64,000 bases of DNA from an uncultured bacterium (GTDB lineage: Bacteria > Hydrogenedentota > Hydrogenedentia > Hydrogenedentales > Hydrogenedentaceae), in contig CALLRP010000044.1 of assembly GCA_938014335.1 (NCBI GenBank), forward strand, positions 4,751-68,750, in the 5' to 3' direction. The notes beneath the pieces were generated by a model, which saw nothing but the letters and a program-made list of their open reading frames with translations, did no database searches and was not told the origin of the DNA. Both the position numbers and the translations under genes were made by a program. Below are positions 9,637 to 17,520 of this stretch, in pieces. Each line of letters starts with the position of its first letter. The stretch's first letter is position 1.

Positions 9637-10566
9637 TTAGGATTGTACTTCAATTTTTTCTAATATGTCTGTAAGTTGAATGAAATCATTCCATGTTAAT
9701 GTTTCAGCACGACGAGTGGGTTCGATTCCTGCTAATTGCAGTGCCGTCAAAATTTGGGAGGGAGAATAGTGTAATAAGGGAGAACTCTTTAATGCGTTTT
9801 TAATGTTTTTTCTTCGTTGAGAAAAAGAGGAACGAACAATTTGAAGTATTTTTTTTCTTTTTTGTTCTGGCATGAGAGGGGGAGTAATTTTTCGCAAACG
9901 GACTATACAACTATCTACCTCAGGACGAGGAACAAAACAAGTACGGGGGACAAAGTGTACTAAATCTACATGGTATAGGGATTGGACTGCAAGGCTTAAT
10001 ACCCCATAATCTTTGGTGCCGTATCCTGCGGACATTCTTACTCCAACTTCATGTTGGACCATAACGACAATGAGTTCAAAATTTATAGGGGATTCTAAGA
10101 AGTGGAATAGAACGGGGGTTGTAATGTAATAAGGGAGATTGGATATCATTTTATAGTGTTTTGCGTTAGGTATAAATTCCTGGATAAGGTCTTCTAATTC
10201 ATGATTGAGTATATCACCGCGAAATAATTTGACATGAGGTAAATGTCCGAATCGGTCTTGTAAACAGGGTATAAAAGAAGGGTCTATTTCTACAGCAAGG
10301 ACTTTTCCTGCATATTGAACCAAATGCCATGTAAGAGCCCCTAATCCGGCACCTACTTCAATGACTGCGTCATCTTTACTCAGGTGGGCTGATTTCACCA
10401 TAATACCATGAATGTTGTCATCTAAAAGTAAGTTTTGTCCTAATCGTTTCTTGAAGCGGATATTATATTTTTTGCATAAATCTTTTAAGGGGGGTTTTTC
10501 TAATTGTATTTTAGCATTGGGAAAAACAGAAGTATTGGCTGGTGAATTTTCAATGTGTTTTACCAT
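9637..10566 (-). CDS. rsmA: 16S rRNA (adenine1518/1519-N6)-dimethyltransferase
   Basis: LGQNLLLD, the SAM-binding motif VIEVGAGLGALT, and the NLPY motif (SNLPYYITTPVLF). Confidence 0.85.
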   Translation of the reverse strand: MVKHIENSPANTSVFPNAKIQLEKPPLKDLCKKYNIRFKKRLGQNLLLDDNIHGIMVKSAHLSKDDAVIEVGAGLGALTWHLVQYAGKVLAVEIDPSFIPCLQDRFGHLPHVKLFRGDILNHELEDLIQEFIPNAKHYKMISNLPYYITTPVLFHFLESPINFELIVVMVQHEVGVRMSAGYGTKDYGVLSLAVQSLYHVDLVHFVPRTCFVPRPEVDSCIVRLRKITPPLMPEQKRKKILQIVRSSFSQRRKNIKNALKSSPLLHYSPSQILTALQLAGIEPTRRAETLTWNDFIQLTDILEKIEVQS

Positions 10567-10567
10567 A

Positions 10568-11218
10568 CTAATGCTTGTCTACTAAAGTAATCATAAACTG
10601 GGCTTTTTCTGAGACGGGTATTTCGAGACGGAAAGGAACTTTAATTTCTCCTTTTTCATCTTTGGCATTAGGGGGAAGTTTTACAGGGATGGTTATCATC
10701 ACTTGGGGGACAAAATTAGGAGGTAGGGGTTGTTTTTGTGTGTAGTATTCAATGGGAGCGTTTAGGATGTCATAAGTAACTTCTCCAATTTGATAGTCTT
10801 TTGAAGGGAGTTCGAATTGACCGGCCAATATCCATAAATCTTTCGTTTTATCGGGACGGGTTATGGTTCCACTGAGTCCAAAGGAACCTTTGATAGAAAA
10901 TCCTTCCTGGTCAACTAAGGGTGTTTGTTGAATAGAAAAAGGAAAACCTGAATCTGCCGTTCCAAAACGCAATGTGGTTTTGGCTTTTTTATCTTTGGGT
11001 ATTTGGGCTACTTGATTAGGAGTTGTTTCAGTGGGTTTATTTTTTGTGGTAGAGACAGTAGGTTGTTCGGGTGGATTGGGTGGTGGATTGGGAACTGATG
11101 ATGCATTAGATTCTACCATTTCCGGGGGATTTTGAGGAGTAGGTTGACTGGGAATACATGAAAAGAAAATACAAGAAAGGAGAAGAAGGGTGAAAGAGAG
11201 ACGAAAGAAATGTTTCAT
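10568..11218 (-). CDS. Secreted proline-rich protein
   Basis: Signal peptide followed by the PQNPPE...PNPPPNPPEQP tract. It is 1 nt upstream of rsmA on the same strand. Confidence 0.5.
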   Translation of the reverse strand: MKHFFRLSFTLLLLSCIFFSCIPSQPTPQNPPEMVESNASSVPNPPPNPPEQPTVSTTKNKPTETTPNQVAQIPKDKKAKTTLRFGTADSGFPFSIQQTPLVDQEGFSIKGSFGLSGTITRPDKTKDLWILAGQFELPSKDYQIGEVTYDILNAPIEYYTQKQPLPPNFVPQVMITIPVKLPPNAKDEKGEIKVPFRLEIPVSEKAQFMITLVDKH

Positions 11219-11376
11219 TCATCAAACCTTTGTTTTATTTAATGTTTGTAGTTTTTTACTTGTTGTATGCGTCTAAATATTATATTATAACGAAAATATA
11301 CAATTAATAAGTAGTTGCTCCTAAAAAGCAAAGTAAGTAGTAAATATAAAGGGGAAATAAGGAAGGGGAGCATTTA

Positions 11377-12195
11377 CTAAAGTAGATTTTTGCGTCGGCG
11401 GTTTTGTCTCCATCTGCCCGCCCATTGATACATTGGCGAGATATAAGGTCCTAAACAGGGCATGAGCGATACGAATTGGAAGAGTTTTACTTTAAATCGT
11501 GGCAAGAATATTTCCATAGGTTTTTTTCGGAGAGCCCGTTTCACAATCGCTTTTTCAATATCATGAACGGTCAAAATTCGGAGACCTGAAAAATAGAGTT
11601 CTGCAGCATCTACATTGAGTTGATTGTCTAACATTGGGGTTTGAACGGTAGCAGGACAGATTACAGTAACAAAGACGCCTTTTTTGCGGAGTTCCATTGC
11701 AACGGATAGGGAATAGGCACGGACAGCATGTTTACTTGCAGAATAGATAGATAGCCCCGGGACAGGGACAACACCTGCAATGGATGAAATATTGATAATA
11801 TGTCCGTGTCCGCGTTCGACCATATGTCGTGCGGATATTTGGGTTCCGAAGATGGTTCCTTTAAGATTGACATCAATTTGAGAATGGATTTCTTTTAGGG
11901 GCGTTTCTGTTGCCCATGAAGAGAGAAGTAAGCCAGCAAAATTTATTGTAACGTCAATTCCTTCCCACTCTTTTACTGCTTTGCTGAAGACTTCTTCCCA
12001 TTGTTCATATTTTGTAACATCTAATTGAAATAGTCGGACCTGAGAGGGGGACCAACCTTCTTCGCTGGCGATTTGTTCCAATCGCTCTCCGGCGATATCG
12101 GTTGCGACTACACGATGTCCCTGCCTTACAAACACAGTGGTCATGTGGCGGCCCATTCCACTGGCACAACCTGTTAAAAAGAAAGTTTGAGGCAT
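11377..12195 (-). CDS. SDR-family oxidoreductase (short-chain dehydrogenase/reductase)
   Basis: TGCASGMG Rossmann motif and YSASK catalytic motif. Confidence 0.8.
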   Translation of the reverse strand: MPQTFFLTGCASGMGRHMTTVFVRQGHRVVATDIAGERLEQIASEEGWSPSQVRLFQLDVTKYEQWEEVFSKAVKEWEGIDVTINFAGLLLSSWATETPLKEIHSQIDVNLKGTIFGTQISARHMVERGHGHIINISSIAGVVPVPGLSIYSASKHAVRAYSLSVAMELRKKGVFVTVICPATVQTPMLDNQLNVDAAELYFSGLRILTVHDIEKAIVKRALRKKPMEIFLPRFKVKLFQFVSLMPCLGPYISPMYQWAGRWRQNRRRKNLL

Positions 12196-12368
12196 TTAAA
12201 TATCTCCTGTAGAAGCAGAGCCCCTCTTTGCGATTGGGTTAAAGGGTAAAAAGGAAAATCCCTGTAAGTATGGCTAGTACTTTTACAAGAAACCCCATTA
12301 TCCACAAACCAATATATGCAAGGTCATCTAAGATTTCCACAGTTCTATACTCCTCATATTCTTAAAGT

Positions 12369-12458
12369 TTAAAAGAGTTCGTTGTATCCAAAGATAGCAA
12401 GGAATAGAAGAACTACATCCATAAGGAAGATGAATAAGACTGTTAAAAACTCAACCAT
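12369..12458 (-). CDS. Possible 29-aa hydrophobic membrane peptide (MVEFLTVLFIFLMDVVLLFLAIFGYNELF)
   Basis: GAGGGTG Shine-Dalgarno sequence 7 nt upstream of the ATG. A second 19-aa hydrophobic ORF lies at 12239-12298 on the minus strand. Confidence 0.25.
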   Translation of the reverse strand: MVEFLTVLFIFLMDVVLLFLAIFGYNELF

Positions 12459-12549
12459 ATATACACCCTCTTTATTTTTTTGTTTTATATTTTTATTCTT
12501 TGAGAGTAAGTATAACAAAAGGTTAAAAACCATGTAAAGATTTTTAATT

Positions 12550-13065
12550 TCAATTATATAATTTTTTCTTAAAAGCGGTGAGGATATTTGCGACTACTTG
12601 TTCGTGGGTTTGTTGGTTGCATTCTATGAAGATTTCTGCCCATTGTTCGTATAGGGGAGTTCGTTCTTTGTATAAGTCGAATAGGGTTTGTCCTTTGGTT
12701 CGAACGAGACCTCGTTCATCTACACTTTTTGCACGACGGTTAATTTCTTCAAATGGATATTGTAAGTAAGCAATAGTCCCGAGTTTTTTTAAGTGTTCCA
12801 TTGCTTTGTCACTATATACGACACTCCCTCCTGTGGCAATAACACATTTTTCGGGATGTATGGATAAAACATATTGTTCTTCTATTTGTCGGAAATTTTC
12901 CACACCTTGTTCGTCAATAATCTGTTGAAGTGATTTTCCTGTATCGGATTGTATTAATAAATCGGTATCAATAAAATTCCATTGTAAGGATTTGGCTAAT
13001 AATACACCCACAGTGCTTTTTCCGGACCAGGGCATACCAATGAGGACGATATTATTTTTTTTCAT
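12550..13065 (-). CDS. aroK: Shikimate kinase
   Basis: IVLIGMPWSGKSTVG P-loop, DTD motif, and a size of 171 aa. Confidence 0.85.
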   Translation of the reverse strand: MKKNNIVLIGMPWSGKSTVGVLLAKSLQWNFIDTDLLIQSDTGKSLQQIIDEQGVENFRQIEEQYVLSIHPEKCVIATGGSVVYSDKAMEHLKKLGTIAYLQYPFEEINRRAKSVDERGLVRTKGQTLFDLYKERTPLYEQWAEIFIECNQQTHEQVVANILTAFKKKLYN

Positions 13066-13375
13066 AATTATTTTTACTCCACATTATCAGTTGAAATGTA
13101 AAATTGCAAATATTTTATATAGATAAAATGATGAAACGAAACTTTATAGTTGAGACCTCCGAAACGATTTATTTTTTGTCCCGTATTTTATAAATAATTC
13201 AATTACTTCGTAGTTGCTTTTTTTATCTCTTTCCCCCCCGTTTTTCACTGGGGGGCTATGATGTTGGACCCTTTTGTGGCCTTTTTTATGTGTAAATCTA
13301 AAATTTTTTAAATGAAACCCAACACTAAATAGGAATTCATTCCGAAATTTTAATTAATGTAAAGGAATGAATTCT

Positions 13376-13813
13376 TTAATTTTTATTTGTGTTTTTTCTT
13401 TTTTTCATACGGGTAAAATGGAAAATTAAATTTTCATTTTTGTTTAATTCTATAAGTTTTTTTACCCCGCGTCGTATGGTTCGGTGAATATTTGCTGGAT
13501 GACTTTGAAATTTTTTAGCAATAGTTTCAAGAGTCTGCCCTTGGAGATAGTAATGTTCTATATATTTTCTCTCTTTAGGGGTTAATTTCCGTTCCATTTG
13601 TTTTCGTACCCATTGTAAGAGATGGGCTTTCTCTTTGCCCCATTGAAGTTTTTGTTCTATTTCTTCCTGTGTTTCATACCATAGAGATTGTGTCTCGGGA
13701 ATTTCCTCCAGAAATTGAGACGATACAAAAACTGTATTTCGGAAATAGTCGGAAGTGTTATTTTCTCTTTTATGGTTTTTACGACGATTGATTTTAGATT
13801 TGTCTTTTTTCAT
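13376..13813 (-). CDS. Small basic protein with a sigma-70 region-4 / LuxR-type HTH only
   Basis: LTPKERKYIEHYYLQGQTLETIAKKFQSHPANIHRTIRRGVKKL resembles sigma-70 region 4.2. The N-terminus is lysine/arginine-rich. No sigma region 2 is present. Confidence 0.55.
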   Translation of the reverse strand: MKKDKSKINRRKNHKRENNTSDYFRNTVFVSSQFLEEIPETQSLWYETQEEIEQKLQWGKEKAHLLQWVRKQMERKLTPKERKYIEHYYLQGQTLETIAKKFQSHPANIHRTIRRGVKKLIELNKNENLIFHFTRMKKRKNTNKN

Positions 13814-14149
13814 TATTCTACTCCTTCTTTTTTTGAGTTTAAGATACTGAGCAAAATTTTATAGGGAGTAGGAAGAAAAAATATTTTGATTTACATTTAT
13901 TTTTTTATTATCTTTTCTTTGCATGATAGGTAACGGAAATATCCCTGAATAGAAGATTTTAAAAGAAAAAAATAAAATACAAATGCCTTATATTTGCTAT
14001 ATAGTGAGGGAAAACAGCGAATTGCACAACATATTGTGTATAAATATAGAATATGGTCAAAAAAATATATAAAAAAAATTTAAAAAAATGAATATTTTTG
14101 CTTGACAAATAGTTTTATAATGTGATACCATAGTTCAAATTTAATATGA

Positions 14150-14300
14150 AAGTTCATCGCCGCCAATTCCGAAATCTGCGAGCAGAAAGGAGGAATGCAC
14201 GATAAAGAGACACCTCGCTGGAGTTGGAACGGACGATGTGGTCGATAAAGTTATTAACATATAGGTGTCTGTGAGGGCAGGCACCGGAAGCTTAAAAATT
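14150..14300 (+). ncRNA. GC-rich structured leader or possible cis-regulatory RNA upstream of the outer-membrane protein gene
   Basis: A GC-rich island sits inside a 528-bp AT-rich intergenic region. It contains complementary segments AGACACC (14208-14214) and GGTGTCT (14266-14272), and GCGAG/CTCGC. Its class was not recognised. Confidence 0.2.
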
Positions 14301-14341
14301 ACCTCATATTAAATTGAAACTTTATGTAAGGAGTAAAAACT

Positions 14342-15568
14342 ATGCGTAAAAGCATGTTAGTGATTGCAGTATCTTTAGTACTTCTTGGTACAATGGCTTA
14401 TGCCGAACTTCAGAATGTAGAAGTCGGTGGAAAAATTCGTATTCGTGCAAACTGGTTAGATTATGATGATGGTGGTGAATCCAGCTTCATCGAACAGAGA
14501 ACCCGTTTGAATGTGAAAGCAGATTTCACGGATGAAGTGACTGCATTCATCGAATTAGATAGTTATGACATTTGGGGCGAAGATTTTCGTTCCCAGAACT
14601 ACATTACGGGTGTAGATGCTCGTCAAGCGAGTGTTGATGATGTAGAAGTTTATCAAGCCTACATCGAAGCCCGTGAAATGTGGGGAACCCCGCTTCGTGC
14701 CCGTGTTGGTCGTCAAGAACTGACATTAGGCAGTGGCTGGCTTGTTGGCACAAATGACAAACGCTGGAACTTCACAGGTCTTTCCTGGGATGCACTTCGT
14801 TTGAGCTATGTAACCGACATGGTCAGTGTTGATGCCATCGCAGCCAAATTAGTTGAATCCATGGGCGATTTCGCAGAAGATGATGTTGACCTTTATGCTA
14901 TTTATGGCAGTTACACAGGTCTTGAAGACATCGTCATCGATGCTTACTGGATGTATGTCCGCGATGATGCAACTGCTCTTGAATCCGACCTTCATACATT
15001 AGGTCTTCGTGGCGCTGGCAAAGTGGGTGCCTTCGATTTTGAAGCCGAAGTTGCCTACCAGTTAGGTGATGCGAATGACAAAGGTTGGTGGATTTTTGGC
15101 GTTGACCGTGACTACAATGCATGGGGTGTTAACTTAGAAGCAGGTTACACCTTCGACATTTCCTGGCAGCCTCGCATATATGCCGGTTTTGCATATCTTG
15201 AAGGACCGGATTATGACCACAAGTGGTTTGCCAAAGATGAACTTGATTTTGCTTTCAATCGTTTATTCTCCAACTGGGAATACAGTGATTTCTTAGATCA
15301 GACACAAATCACCAATGTATTCGTTTATCGCCTTGGTTTAGGTGTCCAGCCTACGGAAGCAGTAAAACTGGCTTTAGAAGGTCAGTATTATGTAGCTGAT
15401 GAAGCTGGTAAAGATGACGAATTAGGTTGGGAACTCCAATTAACCGGTGCTTACAACTACAGTGAAGACTTAGTCATTCGTGCTGGTTATTCCCACTTCT
15501 TCGGTCAAGAACTGCTTAAAGACCAGGATTTCAACTATCTGTTCGCAGAAACCGAAATCAGCTTCTAA
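14342..15568 (+). CDS. Outer-membrane beta-barrel (porin/alginate-export-like) protein
   Basis: Signal peptide MRKSMLVIAVSLVLLGTMAYA, alternating amphipathic strands rich in Y, G and D, and a C-terminal Phe (…ETEISF). Confidence 0.5.
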   Translation: MRKSMLVIAVSLVLLGTMAYAELQNVEVGGKIRIRANWLDYDDGGESSFIEQRTRLNVKADFTDEVTAFIELDSYDIWGEDFRSQNYITGVDARQASVDDVEVYQAYIEAREMWGTPLRARVGRQELTLGSGWLVGTNDKRWNFTGLSWDALRLSYVTDMVSVDAIAAKLVESMGDFAEDDVDLYAIYGSYTGLEDIVIDAYWMYVRDDATALESDLHTLGLRGAGKVGAFDFEAEVAYQLGDANDKGWWIFGVDRDYNAWGVNLEAGYTFDISWQPRIYAGFAYLEGPDYDHKWFAKDELDFAFNRLFSNWEYSDFLDQTQITNVFVYRLGLGVQPTEAVKLALEGQYYVADEAGKDDELGWELQLTGAYNYSEDLVIRAGYSHFFGQELLKDQDFNYLFAETEISF

Positions 15569-15611
15569 TCAGTTCGTTAGATTTGAAGTTTAAGGGTTAA
15601 ATCCCTTATTG

Positions 15612-15650
15612 CCCCGCAGGGTCAAACGCCCTGCGGGGTTCCTGTTTTTA
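15612..15650 (+). terminator. Rho-independent terminator CCCCGCAGGG-tcaaacg-CCCTGCGGGG followed by a T-run
   Basis: A 10-bp GC stem plus TTCCTGTTTTT immediately after the gene's stop codon. Confidence 0.65.
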
Positions 15651-15771
15651 GGGATACATTTGATTATAAATATTTCATTTGAAAATGAGTATAGAATTCT
15701 TATATCGTTTTATATATTTCTATGGAAGATGTTTTTAAATAAAAATTTACTAAAAGAGAAAGGGTTCTGCT

Positions 15772-17478
15772 TTGAGTGAAGAGAAAACCATAAAAGCAAC
15801 AGAGGCTCTCGATTTATTGTATGAATTTGAGCGTGAGCCGGTAACGGATGATAAACTTCAACCGGGTAGATATTTTGCGGGTTTGTTTGCAGGTGAACAT
15901 GTCGCAGGGACAGAGTTTGTTATTGGTGCTTTGTTCGTAAGTTGGGGTGTGAATGCTTACGACATTTTTGTGGGTTTACTGCTGGGTAATCTGATGGCGG
16001 TGCTAACATGGACTTTGATATGTGCCCCCATTGCAGTTCGCACGCGATTAACACTTTATTGGTTCCTCCGTAAGGTAGCAGGACCTGTGGTAACGACGAT
16101 ATACAATGTGTTGAATGCATTTTTGTTCTGTATATTAGCGGGATGCATGATTACAGTATCTGCATCTGCGGTTCGCGTCCCCTTGGGGATACCTCCACAA
16201 ACGGAATGGATACCTACGGATATTCGATTTGTCCTTGTTGTGATTGTAGTCGGTGCGGTGGTGGTCACTCTGGCGATATTAGGATTTAAGCGGTTGTCGC
16301 AGTTTTCTGTAGTCTGTTCGCCGTGGATGTTTTTAATGTTTATTGCGGGTGCTGTTGCTTTATTACCTACAGCGGGTGTGGACATTCGTAATGGGAATGA
16401 TTTTTGGCAGATTGCAACCCAGAAGATATGGACAGGTGTCCGTCCGGATGGGAAAGAACCTATTTCGTTTTGGCATGTAGCTGCTTTTGCGTGGATATGT
16501 AATCTGGCAATGCATGGAGGTTTGTCCGATATGGCAATTTTCCGCTATGCGAAGTCTTCTGCTTATGGATTATTTTCTGCTTTTGGTATGTTTTTGGGGC
16601 ATTATCTGGCATGGATATGTGCAGGTGTGATGGGAGCCATGTCTGCTTTGTTGCTACAGAAAAGTATTACTCAATTGGATTCAGGTGCAGTAGCAACAGA
16701 GGCATTGGGTATTTCGGGTTTAATTGCAGTGGTTCTTGCTGGATGGACGACTTCCAATCCCACTTTGTATCGTGCTGGATTGGCATTGCAAGCGGTAACA
16801 CCTGGCTGGCCTCGTTGGTTGGTAACATTACTGGCAGGAGCGGGGACAACTGTTATTGCATGCTCTCCTTTCGTGTTTACAAAATTACTTGATTTTGTTG
16901 GTTATTATGGCTTGCTTTTGATGCCATTAGGGGCGGTGGCATTTACAGAATATTGGATATTCCCCAGAATAGGACTTACTCGTTACTGGATAGAGAAGAA
17001 ACGGTTAGCAATGAACTGGCCTGCCCTGTTAAGTTGGTTAATTTCTATAGCGGTGGCTATTACATTAGAGAAAACGGGAACTTTACACCTGTTCTTTTTA
17101 TTTGTTCCTGTGTGGATGATGACTTCTATCATATACATAATTCTATCCATGCTGATGGGTGCTCGTGATGTACCTGCGGATGCGGAAGAGATTATCCCTA
17201 CGGCAGAAAATCGGAAAGCCCAATCTGTAACAGGGGCTCAAAAACAGGGAGGGACTATTTTACAGAATGATCCGGTGTTGCTTGTTTCAGGTGTCATTGC
17301 AGGACTATCTCTGGTAATTTGTTTAGCCCTTGCAATTTCGGTGTTTTTAAGAGGCACAAATGGGTTTATACAAAATCTTCAATCATTTCACCGAATTTTG
17401 ATTTATCCCACATTAGCATATTTTATTACAGGAACCATATTTATTATCCGCAGAGACCGTAATAGCAACAATACATAA
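15772..17478 (+). CDS. Polytopic membrane transporter, NCS1 (purine/cytosine permease)-like
   Basis: About 12 transmembrane segments. The N-terminal pattern (…LLLGNLMAV…RTRLTLYWFLRKVAG) is colinear with CodB-type permeases. It uses a TTG start. Confidence 0.45.
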   Translation: MSEEKTIKATEALDLLYEFEREPVTDDKLQPGRYFAGLFAGEHVAGTEFVIGALFVSWGVNAYDIFVGLLLGNLMAVLTWTLICAPIAVRTRLTLYWFLRKVAGPVVTTIYNVLNAFLFCILAGCMITVSASAVRVPLGIPPQTEWIPTDIRFVLVVIVVGAVVVTLAILGFKRLSQFSVVCSPWMFLMFIAGAVALLPTAGVDIRNGNDFWQIATQKIWTGVRPDGKEPISFWHVAAFAWICNLAMHGGLSDMAIFRYAKSSAYGLFSAFGMFLGHYLAWICAGVMGAMSALLLQKSITQLDSGAVATEALGISGLIAVVLAGWTTSNPTLYRAGLALQAVTPGWPRWLVTLLAGAGTTVIACSPFVFTKLLDFVGYYGLLLMPLGAVAFTEYWIFPRIGLTRYWIEKKRLAMNWPALLSWLISIAVAITLEKTGTLHLFFLFVPVWMMTSIIYIILSMLMGARDVPADAEEIIPTAENRKAQSVTGAQKQGGTILQNDPVLLVSGVIAGLSLVICLALAISVFLRGTNGFIQNLQSFHRILIYPTLAYFITGTIFIIRRDRNSNNT

Positions 17479-17520
17479 ATTAAAAATTTTTTTAGTAATA
17501 ATTTCAGAATATTTAGTTTT

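Noticed and set aside
13208-13245. C7/G6 hairpin (CCCCCCCG-tttttcact-GGGGGG) as a terminator
   Set aside because: Neither strand has a U-tail, and it is not positioned just after a stop codon, since aroK ends at 12550 and the HTH gene at 13376. It is left unassigned.
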